Assembly (NCBI GenBank): GCA_030583725.1
Contig: CP129472.1
Span: forward strand, 755,096 to 819,095
Length of the DNA: 64,000 nucleotides
Direction: 5' to 3'
Source of the DNA: a bacterium
GTDB taxonomy: Bacteria > Patescibacteriota > Microgenomatia > UBA8517
A program made the position numbers and the translations under genes. Numbering within the stretch: position 1 is the first letter of the stretch; each line of letters begins with the position of its first letter. The notes below the pieces were generated by a model. It worked only from the letters and a program-made list of their open reading frames with translations, had not been told where the DNA came from and did no database searches. Below, in pieces: positions 35,638 to 44,609 of the stretch.

Positions 35638-38007
35638 ATGGAAACAATACTTAAATATAAAATCAAAACAGATTTCAGAAATCAAAAATCTGTAAAGACA
35701 GATAAAAGTAATTTTTTAGGTAGAGAAAAATTGATTAGAAGGTTTTCTAATATTGCTGAGAATAGAGTTTCTTCAACTGTATTGATTGGAGGTGCTAGAG
35801 GCATTGGTAAGACATCGTTTGTCAGAGAGGCTTTGTCTATGAACAACTCTTCAATTCCTAAAATTGTTATTCAAATTAGTTTGGCAGAAGTTGATCCAGA
35901 AGATAAAGATATTAGAAAAACAATTTTGAGCACATTAATTCGTGGATTATATTTTGAATTGAAAAATAAAAATAATGGAGATATTTTAAAGGATCCAGAG
36001 CTGTCAGATTCAATTGAGGATTTGTACGAAAAAACATATTATTCAGAGTTTGAGAAAAAAGACTTTGCTGAATTGGTTGCAAGTGTTAAGCAAAGTCAAG
36101 AACAAAAGAGTATTGATGAGAAGAAGTATCATTTTGAATTTGGTAGTGCGATAAAAACTTTGTTAAAGGCAACAATTGGAGCTTTGACAATAACTCCATT
36201 TCTTACAACAATATTAGTTTTGCAAATACCATTATGGGCGGCGATTACACTTTTCTTTTTAGGTCTTGCGTTCTTATTCTTAGTTTTATCAGTAGATGTG
36301 AACATTGTGCATTCAACAATATCAACTGAAGGAATAATGGAAAAGGTTGATTCAAAGTCACAAAAAACCGGTATTGCCAAGTTAGATATATCATCAAATA
36401 CTTTAGAGATTGGTCTAAGACAAATATTACTTAATTTAAGTGATAAAAAGCAGAAAGTTATATTTGTTATTGACGAGTTAGACAAGTTAGATGGCGGCGA
36501 TAGTCCAGATGTGAAACTTGAGGATCACTACATATATAAAGTAATCAAACCTCTAAAAAATCTATTTACCTTGTCAGGTGCTGTATTTGTGTTTATTGTA
36601 AGTAATAGCTTTTACTATGCGGTTACAAAAAAGAAAAAAATTGATCCGTATTCGACATTTCATACATTATTCACAGATCGAATATTTCTAGACCCGTTGT
36701 ATTACAAAGATATCGAACGAATATTGGATAGCTACGTTGATGGTGAAATTGATAAAAGTTATAAAGACGATTATTTCAAATTCAGATACTATGTTAGTTG
36801 GTTAGCTAAAAATCATATTTTTGATCTTCATAATATTGTTGAAAATTTTATTGAATATGAAAATAAAAACACAACAGTACATTTATATAAAGGTAATAGT
36901 GAGGCAAATGGAAGCATAGAAGAAAGATGGGAAGTTGCTTCAGCATTGCAAGTTTTCTTATCTGCTACATTTGATGAAAAATCGTATCCTGCCGATAGTG
37001 AGATGAACGAGCAGTTGTACTTAACTTTACGTCAAGTTGCTGAAAAATTATATTCCGATTTTTACATTGAAGTTAGAGACAATAAATTTATAGATATACT
37101 ATCTGAGAGCGAACAGAAGCAATTAAGACTTGATGTTCTTGATATCAAATCTAAAGAAGATATATCAGGTTCAATAGAAGATATGCTTTTGAGAATGGAA
37201 AGAGTGGATAAATATTGCTTGTTAGTATCAGGTCAGGAAGACGAAGATACTGTCGATGAGTCTAATCCAGAAGGTGAAAAGGAGAAGAAAAGCTATATTT
37301 ATTTTTCGCTGGTTGATAATGACAAATTTCCAGTTATTGATGAGGTTAGAAAAACTAACGCAGTCACGACATACGAGGAGGAATTTATTAAAAAATACAA
37401 TTTACTAGGTTCATCTAAATTAAATCTAGAAAATATTGATCTTCAGACATTTTCTGTTTACGATGGAGAATATAAAAAATTCAGCCAACTTGCGACTAAG
37501 ATTATCAATAATAAACCTAGAAATGAACGGAAAAGCCTAGTCCTAGAGTACTCAAAACGTATTGAGGAAATACAAAACGCTTTATACGGCAACTCTATTG
37601 ACGATTTATTGAGCAAACTAATGAAAGAGGACAGTGGGCTTACAAAATGGGATATCGGATCTGGCAAAACTGGAGTACCACTCTGGGATGCTGATGCTCC
37701 ATTGTCAAAGTTTTATCAAGAATTGCATAATAATACTGATCTGGAATATGAATCTGACTATGTTATCATTCATGACGAAAGTCAAAATAGATACACAGTT
37801 CTTGGGTTTGGTTTGGATACAAAAATTCAAGACATATACAGTTCAGTAAATCGTTTTTATAGATTCAGAAGAACAGAAACAAGAGTTATAAATTTAACTG
37901 GCGTAAATACAAATAATAAAAATATTTGGAAAGTCGTAAATTCTAAAGATGATCTATCGCATCTAAAGGAATATGACAGAGAACTCAGAAGCAGATTTAA
38001 TCTTTAA
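35638..38007 (+). CDS. KAP-family-like P-loop NTPase (PifA-like) with two TM helices inserted between Walker A and Walker B, long C-terminal region
   Basis: Walker A LIGGARGIGKTSFV, inserted hydrophobic hairpin (ITPFLTTILVLQIPLWAAITLFFLGLAFLFLVL), Walker B VIFVIDELDKLD; 789 aa. Confidence 0.6.
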   Translation: METILKYKIKTDFRNQKSVKTDKSNFLGREKLIRRFSNIAENRVSSTVLIGGARGIGKTSFVREALSMNNSSIPKIVIQISLAEVDPEDKDIRKTILSTLIRGLYFELKNKNNGDILKDPELSDSIEDLYEKTYYSEFEKKDFAELVASVKQSQEQKSIDEKKYHFEFGSAIKTLLKATIGALTITPFLTTILVLQIPLWAAITLFFLGLAFLFLVLSVDVNIVHSTISTEGIMEKVDSKSQKTGIAKLDISSNTLEIGLRQILLNLSDKKQKVIFVIDELDKLDGGDSPDVKLEDHYIYKVIKPLKNLFTLSGAVFVFIVSNSFYYAVTKKKKIDPYSTFHTLFTDRIFLDPLYYKDIERILDSYVDGEIDKSYKDDYFKFRYYVSWLAKNHIFDLHNIVENFIEYENKNTTVHLYKGNSEANGSIEERWEVASALQVFLSATFDEKSYPADSEMNEQLYLTLRQVAEKLYSDFYIEVRDNKFIDILSESEQKQLRLDVLDIKSKEDISGSIEDMLLRMERVDKYCLLVSGQEDEDTVDESNPEGEKEKKSYIYFSLVDNDKFPVIDEVRKTNAVTTYEEEFIKKYNLLGSSKLNLENIDLQTFSVYDGEYKKFSQLATKIINNKPRNERKSLVLEYSKRIEEIQNALYGNSIDDLLSKLMKEDSGLTKWDIGSGKTGVPLWDADAPLSKFYQELHNNTDLEYESDYVIIHDESQNRYTVLGFGLDTKIQDIYSSVNRFYRFRRTETRVINLTGVNTNNKNIWKVVNSKDDLSHLKEYDRELRSRFNL

Positions 38008-38048
38008 CCTTTATTGAAAATTAGATATATAAGGTGTAAAAATAATTA

Positions 38049-38567
38049 ATGTCGAATAACAAATTTGTTTTAGTCCCAGTTGATCTTCTTAAAAATTTAA
38101 GAGAATTATCCAAAGGCACAGAATATGAAGACGAAGTCAAAAAAGTTTTAGACTCAAGGGAAGCCATAGAAAATCATGATATTACAAAATTACCAAAGTC
38201 TGCAGTAGTTAAAAGAGTGATAGATGGAGACACTGTAGAGTTATTTAACGGTACTGTTCTTCGCTACACAGCAATTACAGCACCAGAAGATGGAGAATCA
38301 TTTGCAGAAGAAGCTACTAAGTTAAACCAAGAATTAGTTGAAGGCAAAGAAATTAAACTTGAATATGACAACTACACCTCTGACAAATTTGGAAGAATTC
38401 TTGCATATCCAATCATAGACAACAAAAATATTTGTATTGAACTTGTTTCAAAAGGTATGGCTGAATTAGTTATTTACCAAAAAAGAAAGCCATTTATTCA
38501 TCAAGTTCAATTATTAGAAGCACAAGAACAAGCAAAGAAAAACAAACAAGGAATTTGGAAGAACTGA
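38049..38567 (+). CDS. Staphylococcal-nuclease-like (thermonuclease/SNase) domain protein
   Basis: VIDGDTVEL...RYTAITAPE...GRILAY... matches SNase catalytic core (DGDT / R..IDaPE); 172 aa. Confidence 0.7.
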   Translation: MSNNKFVLVPVDLLKNLRELSKGTEYEDEVKKVLDSREAIENHDITKLPKSAVVKRVIDGDTVELFNGTVLRYTAITAPEDGESFAEEATKLNQELVEGKEIKLEYDNYTSDKFGRILAYPIIDNKNICIELVSKGMAELVIYQKRKPFIHQVQLLEAQEQAKKNKQGIWKN

Positions 38568-38570
38568 ACA

Positions 38571-38766
38571 CAATTGGGTTAGCGAACCCCACGAAGTGGG
38601 GTGAGCGCAAAGCTTCGAGCTTTGCAGGTGTGTTAGCGAAGCCACGAAGTGGCTGAGCGAGGAAACACGAAGCTTCGCAACAATTCCTTCCCCTTTAACC
38701 CCTCCCTTGTTGCTCGCTTAAAAATTTGATATAAAATATTTTCGAGCTAAATCATAGATTGGTGCA
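38571..38766. repeat. IR-A right copy (perfect reverse complement of 31147-31342); begins 3 nt after the SNase stop codon; outer terminus ...TGCA
   Basis: 196/196 identity to the left copy in inverted orientation. Confidence 0.95.
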
Positions 38767-38827
38767 TACCCCCGACCTGTCGGGGTCGAGCGAAGCGAAG
38801 ACCACGACTTTTGCCCATCCCCTCGGA
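38763..38827. repeat. IR-B left copy: 65-bp GC-rich sequence, perfect inverted partner at 40363-40427; shares the TGCA terminus with IR-A right copy (4-nt overlap)
   Basis: tgcatacccccgacctgtcggggtcgagcgaagcgaagaccacgacttttgcccatcccctcgga is the reverse complement of 40363-40427. Confidence 0.95.
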
Positions 38828-38912
38828 CAAAACAAAACATCAAAACAAACACAAATTGATATTATTTGATATCTTGATACGTATTATTTACGGGCGTATA
38901 AATAATATTGGT

Positions 38913-40526
38913 ATGACCAATATTGTAAATGATCCTTCTCAAGATAGATATTTTATATACGCTCGCAAGTCTACGGATGTGGAAGATAAACAGGTTCAAT
39001 CAATTGATGGACAACTTGAAGAGTTAAGGTTACTTGCCAAGAGAGAAAATCTGATTGTTGTAGATGAACTTATTGAAAAACAATCAGCTAAAATTCCCGG
39101 AAGACCTGTGTTCAATAAAATGCTTGATAGGATTGAGAAAGGTCAGGCTTCAGGGATTCTCTCTTGGCATCCAGATAGACTTGCTCGTAATTCTGTTGAT
39201 GGAGGAAAAATAATCTTTTTTGTAGATACAGGAAAGATATCTGCCCTCAAATTTAACACCTTTTGGTTTGAACCCACTCCTCAGGGTAAATTTATGTTGT
39301 CAATTTCGTTTGGACAATCGAAATATTATGTGGATTCTTTAAGTGAAAATACTCGTCGTGGGTTACACCAAAAAGCTAGAAATGGATATTTCCCAGGAGT
39401 AGCGCCTTACGGTTATTTAAATGATTCTCGCAATAAAACGATTGTTGTAAATAAAAAAGTTGCTCCTGTTATTGCTAAGGCTTTCGAAATGTATTCTGAG
39501 GGAAATATCCAATTAAGTGATGTTGGTAGCTTTTTGGAAACGCAAAAGGTGTTAAATACACAAGGAAGGAGAATTAGAGACGATCGTGTTAGAAAGATAC
39601 TAAAACAACCATTTTATTGTGGCTTGTTCGAGTATTGTGGAGAAGTGTATGAGGGCAGACATGATCCAATAATTTCAAAGAAACTTTTTGATAAAGTCCA
39701 AGATGTTCTAAAAATGAGAAATAAACAATGGAGCAAAGCTGTTGTTGAAAGAGTTCATAAACCTTATCTTGGACTTTTTAGGTGTGGTGAGTGTGGTATG
39801 GCTATAACAGGAGATATCAAAAATAAGTTTTATCCAATAAAAAATCGTCACGCTAGTTATTGTTATTATCGTTGTACTAAAAAGAATAAAAACATCTCCT
39901 GTAGCCAACCACACATCACTGAAAGTGATTTGGATAAATTACTCACCACACATATCAAAAAGTATTCTTTGAAAAAGATTTACGCAAATCAGATGCTTTC
40001 TAAACTAAAACAAGAGGAATCTGATATTGCTAAATCTTGCCTTGATGCTATTAGTATCAAGAGAAAGGATTCGGAACAAATAGACATTAAAATAAAATTA
40101 CTTCTTGAAAGCTATTTAGATCAGATCATTGATAAGCAGACTTTTCAAGAAAGTAAGCTGGATTTAATGTCTAAAAAGAAAACAATAGAGGAGCAAATCC
40201 TTTCTCTTAAAAGGAATCAAAATAATTGGATCGAACCTTTTAAAAACTGGATAATTGAAGCTAGTAGAGTAGATCAAATAATATCAACTAATGACAAAGA
40301 TGCCAAAAAGGTACTCGCCGAAAAAATTTTCGGCTCGAACTTGTTAATTGAAAACAAAAAACTCCGAGGGGATGGGCAAAAGTCGTGGTCTTCGCTTCGC
40401 TCGACCCCGACAGGTCGGGGGTATGCAAGGGTGGATAGAATCGAACTATCATTACCTGTTTTGGAGACAGGAGGCCTACCATTGACCGACACCCTTATAT
40501 ATTTGGAATTATATCAATTATGGTGA
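38913..40526 (+). CDS. Large serine recombinase (resolvase catalytic domain, recombinase domain, zinc-ribbon, coiled-coil tail)
   Basis: N-terminal YARKSTDVEDKQ (Y-x-R-x-S-T-x-x-Q nucleophile motif), zinc ribbon CGECG...YYRCTKK; ATG at 38913 preferred over the TTG at 38811 that lies inside IR-B; the 3' ~55 codons are encoded by IR-B' and the antisense of tRNA-Trp. Confidence 0.85.
   Translation: MTNIVNDPSQDRYFIYARKSTDVEDKQVQSIDGQLEELRLLAKRENLIVVDELIEKQSAKIPGRPVFNKMLDRIEKGQASGILSWHPDRLARNSVDGGKIIFFVDTGKISALKFNTFWFEPTPQGKFMLSISFGQSKYYVDSLSENTRRGLHQKARNGYFPGVAPYGYLNDSRNKTIVVNKKVAPVIAKAFEMYSEGNIQLSDVGSFLETQKVLNTQGRRIRDDRVRKILKQPFYCGLFEYCGEVYEGRHDPIISKKLFDKVQDVLKMRNKQWSKAVVERVHKPYLGLFRCGECGMAITGDIKNKFYPIKNRHASYCYYRCTKKNKNISCSQPHITESDLDKLLTTHIKKYSLKKIYANQMLSKLKQEESDIAKSCLDAISIKRKDSEQIDIKIKLLLESYLDQIIDKQTFQESKLDLMSKKKTIEEQILSLKRNQNNWIEPFKNWIIEASRVDQIISTNDKDAKKVLAEKIFGSNLLIENKKLRGDGQKSWSSLRSTPTGRGYARVDRIELSLPVLETGGLPLTDTLIYLELYQLW
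40363..40427. repeat. IR-B right copy, terminus ...TGCA overlapping the 3' end of tRNA-Trp
   Basis: 65/65 reverse-complement identity with 38763-38827. Confidence 0.95.
40426..40496 (-). tRNA. tRNA-Trp (anticodon CCA)
   Basis: Hand-folded cloverleaf: acceptor AAGGGTG/CACCCTT, anticodon stem CCTGT/ACAGG with loop CTCCAAA, T-arm GATAG-TTCGATT-CTATC, discriminator G; 71 nt. Confidence 0.75.
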
Positions 40527-40816
40527 TAGAATAGCTAGTTCATATGATAAAAGAAGGATTACTGGTTCCATGCCCTTTTTTTGCTGGTAAATATTGTAGC
40601 GAAGGTTGTTCAAATTTTTACAATGTTTTAGTTGCAACAGCAGAAGAGGCAAGTAATAGAGATGCAAGTTTTGTTCAGGTTGTTGAGGAGATTGTAAACG
40701 CAAGCAACGCAGAAGTGTCTTCGAGGCGAATGACCCTAAAGCATTTAGAAGCTTCTTCACAATGCGATAACAACATGAAGCATTGATTTGTCTAAAAGAC
40801 TATTATAACATCAGAT

Positions 40817-41119
40817 ATGGCTGATAAAAAGGTTGATACAGCAGATACACTTCGTTCAACTAGTGGTAAAGGCTCTTTCGTAAAAGCAACTAAACATGAG
40901 GGTGGGGATACGCGCGGTTCTTGGGAAGACAAAATTGATGCTAGGATGGAGAAAAGTGGGTATATTGCAGGACTAATTGCTAAGAAGTTCGCAGACGAAG
41001 GAATTATAACCATAAATGAGGACGGCAAGACGTTTCACATAGGTGGGGAATATGGCGGCGAAGTTTACAAAATTAAGATGCTTCCACTTGTTTGGGCCGC
41101 CTTGAAAAAGAAAAAATAA
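40817..41119 (+). CDS. Hypothetical small basic protein (100 aa)
   Basis: ORF only. Confidence 0.35.
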   Translation: MADKKVDTADTLRSTSGKGSFVKATKHEGGDTRGSWEDKIDARMEKSGYIAGLIAKKFADEGIITINEDGKTFHIGGEYGGEVYKIKMLPLVWAALKKKK

Positions 41120-41120
41120 C

Positions 41121-41306
41121 TTATTTTAATTTACTTGTTTCTTTGTGAAGTGTTTGTTTTTTGCAGGTTTGACACCATTTTTTAAGTTCAAGTTTACCTT
41201 TACCTTTTGTATCCATATTGACCTTGTTCCTGTCAGTCACATAATTTTGTGATTTACAGTCAGGACAAATCATTCCTACAATTTCTCTTGCTCCCTTTTT
41301 TGCCAT
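41121..41306 (-). CDS. rpmG: 50S ribosomal protein L33 (zinc-ribbon type)
   Basis: MAKKGARE..CPDC....Y.T.KNK.....L.LKK.C..C start/spacing typical of L33. Confidence 0.75.
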   Translation of the reverse strand: MAKKGAREIVGMICPDCKSQNYVTDRNKVNMDTKGKGKLELKKWCQTCKKQTLHKETSKLK

Positions 41307-41348
41307 ATGACAAGTATTCTAACATATAGTAATCTATGTTTGAAGATG

Positions 41349-42575
41349 CGAATTTGGTTTGTTTCAACAAGGATAGCTGGCAACGATGGAGTATCACTTG
41401 AAGCTGTTAGGTGGCGTACAATTTTAACTAGAATGGGCCACAAGGTTACTTTTGTTGCTGGGGAGTTAGATAGGGCAGGAATTTTAATACCAGAGCTTCA
41501 TTTTAGTAACGAATCTGTCATAGATCTTCATGATAAAGTTGTTTTTAGTAAAAATCATTTTAAAGAAATTGAGGCAGAAGTTTTTGAGTTTGCTGGGAAA
41601 ATAGAAGGAAAGCTTCGAGAAGCCTTTAATGGCCATAGGCCTGATATGATAATAATTGCAAATTGTTTATCACTTCCGATGCATTTTCCATTGGCAGTTG
41701 CACTAACTCGTATTATTGAAGAATTTAAAATTCCAACTATAGCAAGACATCATGACTTTTGGTGGGAAAGAAAAAGATTTTTAAAATCCTCTTGTTTTCC
41801 ATTTTTTAAACGTTGGTTTCCTCCGAATAGCTCATTCGTAAAACATGTAACTATAAATACAATTACCCAAAAACAGTTAAAAGAAAAACTGGGGATTAAC
41901 TCATCTGTGATACCTGACACATTTGATTTTGTGGGGACAACAAACAAAGGAGATAAATTTAACAGTACATTTAGAAAAGACTTTGGAATTGCTAAAGATG
42001 ATATTGTGTTTTTGCAAGCTACTAGAATAGTTCCCAGAAAGAGAATTGAAATATCTATTGAACTTGTTAAAAAATTAAATAACCCAAAGATTGTTTTGGT
42101 TGTTGCAGGTAGAGTTGGGGATGAAGGTAGAGATTACTTTGAAAAACTTGAGTCTTTGGTTGCAAAATTGAAGGTAAGAGTCGTCTTTGTGGGTGATTAT
42201 ATTGATTTTAATAGAAAATTAACAGGCAACAGAAAGAAAATTTATACTCTTTGGGATGCATTTATCTCAGCTGATTTTGTTACTTATCCTTCTGAAGTTG
42301 AGGGGTTTGGAAATCAATACATAGAAAGTATTTATTTTAAAAAGCCAGTAATAATTACACCTTACCCGGTATATAAATCTGACATTAAACCATTAGGGTT
42401 TAAATCAATTGAAATAAGTGAAAATTTAAGTGTCAAAGACATAGAACGGGTGAGAACCTTCTTGGAAGACAAAGAAAAAGTTAAAATTATGGTTGAAGAT
42501 AACTTCAGTCTTGGGAAGGCACATTTTTCATACGAAGCTACTGGAAAAAAGATAGGGGATCTTCTCGCAAGATAA
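41349..42575 (+). CDS. Glycosyltransferase, GT4-like (glycosyl transferase group 1 fold)
   Basis: MRIWFVS... N-terminal Rossmann start; C-terminal ...YPSEVEGFGNQYIESIYFKKPVII motif typical of GT-B retaining transferases. Confidence 0.55.
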   Translation, partial: RIWFVSTRIAGNDGVSLEAVRWRTILTRMGHKVTFVAGELDRAGILIPELHFSNESVIDLHDKVVFSKNHFKEIEAEVFEFAGKIEGKLREAFNGHRPDMIIIANCLSLPMHFPLAVALTRIIEEFKIPTIARHHDFWWERKRFLKSSCFPFFKRWFPPNSSFVKHVTINTITQKQLKEKLGINSSVIPDTFDFVGTTNKGDKFNSTFRKDFGIAKDDIVFLQATRIVPRKRIEISIELVKKLNNPKIVLVVAGRVGDEGRDYFEKLESLVAKLKVRVVFVGDYIDFNRKLTGNRKKIYTLWDAFISADFVTYPSEVEGFGNQYIESIYFKKPVIITPYPVYKSDIKPLGFKSIEISENLSVKDIERVRTFLEDKEKVKIMVEDNFSLGKAHFSYEATGKKIGDLLAR

Positions 42576-42585
42576 ATATAATTTG

Positions 42586-42657
42586 AGCCTGAGAGAGGAA
42601 TTGGACCTCCGACCCCCAACTTACCAAGTTGGTGCTCTACCACTGAGCTACCCAGGC
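42586..42657 (-). tRNA. tRNA-Thr (anticodon GGU)
   Basis: Acceptor GCCTGGG/CTCAGGC, D-arm GCTC-AGTGGTA-GAGC, anticodon stem CCAAC/GTTGG with loop TTGGTAA, T-loop present; 72 nt. Confidence 0.8.
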
Positions 42658-42682
42658 TTATGTTACACTAGGATTATACATT

Positions 42683-43561
42683 ATGAATGATATTATTTCT
42701 GCCATAGTTATTTTCTTCTTATCACTTATACCTAGTAATTCAAATATTGATAATATGTTAAAAAATCCACAAACGACCATTCTTTTTGTGGGGGATATAA
42801 TGCTTGGGAGGTCTGTAATGGGTGAGGCTATTGATAAAAATGATTATTTATATCCATTTAGAAACGTCCAAGGTTTTTTGGCAGATGCAGATATCACTTT
42901 TGGCAATCTTGAAAATGCAGTTATTAAAGACTGCCCCAGACAGTACAAGGGAAGCTTTTCATTTTGTACTACTCCAGAAATTGCAAAAGGTTTACAGGAA
43001 TCAGGTGTTGATATTGTAACGCTTGCTAATAATCACAGTTATAATTTTGGTGTTGATGGCTTTGAAGAAACAAAACAGAATTTGAATAATTTAGGAATAA
43101 AGTCAGTTGGATGGGGAAACCTAGAGATAATTGAAAAAAATGGAATAAAATTTGGATTTTTAGGATTTGATTATGTAACTTCAATTAAAAACATTGAATC
43201 TGACTTAAGCTTGATTAAAGAGTCAAACCAAAAAGTTGATCTATTAATTGTTAGTCCCCATTGGGGAGAGGAGTACAAAGCAGTAGCAAATAAGTTTCAA
43301 GTTGAGACAGCCAGAAATATGGTTGAGAGCGGTGCAGATTTAATAATTGGCCATCATCCTCATTGGGTGCAAAATTATGAAGAAATAAATGGGGTGCCAG
43401 TATATTATTCTTTAGGCAATTTTATATTTGATCAGATGTGGAGTGAGGAAACTAAAAAAGGTCTTCTTGTCAAATTTACTTTTGAAGATGGCAAGATAGT
43501 AAATAGGCAAGAGTATAAAACATATATTTCAAAAATTGGCCAACCAGAAATTTTAAAATAG
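42683..43561 (+). CDS. CapA/PgsA-family metallophosphoesterase (poly-gamma-glutamate synthesis/capsule protein CapA-like)
   Basis: FGNLENAV, LANNHSYNFG, GHHPHWVQ, SLGNFIFDQ motifs of the CapA calcineurin-like fold. Confidence 0.7.
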   Translation: MNDIISAIVIFFLSLIPSNSNIDNMLKNPQTTILFVGDIMLGRSVMGEAIDKNDYLYPFRNVQGFLADADITFGNLENAVIKDCPRQYKGSFSFCTTPEIAKGLQESGVDIVTLANNHSYNFGVDGFEETKQNLNNLGIKSVGWGNLEIIEKNGIKFGFLGFDYVTSIKNIESDLSLIKESNQKVDLLIVSPHWGEEYKAVANKFQVETARNMVESGADLIIGHHPHWVQNYEEINGVPVYYSLGNFIFDQMWSEETKKGLLVKFTFEDGKIVNRQEYKTYISKIGQPEILK

Positions 43562-43582
43562 TTTATTAACTATCCGAGTCTG

Positions 43583-43665
43583 TGCCAAGTCTAGGATTCG
43601 AACCTAGGTAGCCTTACGGCGCGAGTTCTACAGACTCGTGTATTTGACCACTCTACCAACTTGGC
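43583..43665 (-). tRNA. tRNA-Tyr (anticodon GUA), long variable arm
   Basis: Acceptor GCCAAGT/ACTTGGC, anticodon stem CGAGT/ACTCG loop CTGTAGA, 14-nt variable arm, T-arm CTAGG-TTCGAAT-CCTAG; 83 nt. Confidence 0.8.
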
Positions 43666-43689
43666 AAAAAACTGACAGATTGTATTATA

Positions 43690-44478
43690 TCAATTCTCCC
43701 AGTCTTCTACTAGGTCTTTATAATTTGACTTGATTTCTAGATATTCTTTTTTAGTTATTAAATCTAGTTGTATCTTTGGAAATCGTTCTCTAAACGTTTT
43801 ATCTCTCATTAACGAGTATTCATTCATAAAGTTTTTGACTTCGACATATGTTTTAAATTCTGAAAGGTAAAAATCAGGTCTATAGGTATGTTTTCCTAAA
43901 TCAAACAGACTTGGAGCATATTCCCATTTTAAACCAATTAAATTGTATATTCTTGCCACATTTGCCTCCCAAGTGCTATAGAAATTTATTGTTGGACTAA
44001 TGTCGATTCTGATACCATTTTTGCCTTTTGAAGCTTTTGGAGAAGTAGTTTTTCTTCCAAGTCTGACTATATTGCAATGGATGCTACAATATTTTTGAGT
44101 TTTGGCTAGGTATGGGACTAATTCAAAGGATTTATGACAATTAAGACAAACAATTTTAATTTTGGGTTTAGAAAAATGTTTTCCTCTCAGTCGGTTTGGT
44201 AGTGCCTTCAATGTTTTAGATATTTTCATTTTGGTAGATTCGGACATTTTTCTACCCGTATTGTTTATGAGTGCAGAGCAACGCTGAGAACAATACGTCT
44301 TGTGGTCATATGGTTTTACTAAAAATTTATTGTTACAGTTGGTTCTTTTGCAAGATCTAGTGACTAAAGCTTTAATTTTGTAGTTATAGATACCTGCTGC
44401 CCAATTCCTTTTTGAGATTTCCGATTGTTTTTTCTTATATTCAGGATCGGTGTAAAAGTCATCGGCAGAGGATGTCAT
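43690..44478 (-). CDS. Zinc-finger (2x CxxC...CxxxC) protein with C-terminal PD-(D/E)xK nuclease-like motif; homing-endonuclease-like
   Basis: CKRTNCNN...CSQRCS and CLNCHKS...CSIHCN ribbons; C-terminal YRPDFYL....YVEVK resembles the PD..(D/E)xK core of Vsr/DUF559-type nucleases. Confidence 0.45.
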   Translation of the reverse strand: MTSSADDFYTDPEYKKKQSEISKRNWAAGIYNYKIKALVTRSCKRTNCNNKFLVKPYDHKTYCSQRCSALINNTGRKMSESTKMKISKTLKALPNRLRGKHFSKPKIKIVCLNCHKSFELVPYLAKTQKYCSIHCNIVRLGRKTTSPKASKGKNGIRIDISPTINFYSTWEANVARIYNLIGLKWEYAPSLFDLGKHTYRPDFYLSEFKTYVEVKNFMNEYSLMRDKTFRERFPKIQLDLITKKEYLEIKSNYKDLVEDWEN

Positions 44479-44537
44479 AAATAAAATATATGCCGAAATT
44501 TATACGAAGTCAATACCGAATTGTAACCAAAAATTTG

Positions 44538-44609
44538 AGCCTCCTAGCCGAAATCGAACGGCTGTCGACGGTTTACAAAACCGTTGCTCTACCATTGAGC
44601 TAAGGAGGC
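44538..44609 (-). tRNA. tRNA-Thr (anticodon UGU)
   Basis: Acceptor GCCTCCT/AGGAGGC, D-arm GCTC-AATGGTA-GAGC, anticodon stem ACGGT/ACCGT loop TTTGTAA, T-arm AGCCG-TTCGATT-TCGGCT; 72 nt. Confidence 0.8.

Noticed and set aside
38811-38912. ORF-track N-terminal extension of the serine recombinase (MPIPSDKTK...)
   Set aside because: The codon at 38811 is TTG and lies inside the 65-bp inverted repeat. The downstream ATG (38913, MTNIVNDPSQDRYFIYARKST) gives the canonical spacing to the serine nucleophile motif.
40518-40786. Two mutually overlapping 80-aa ORFs on opposite strands just beyond tRNA-Trp
   Set aside because: They overlap each other almost completely, have no recognisable features and lie in tRNA-flanking sequence. 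They are most likely non-coding.
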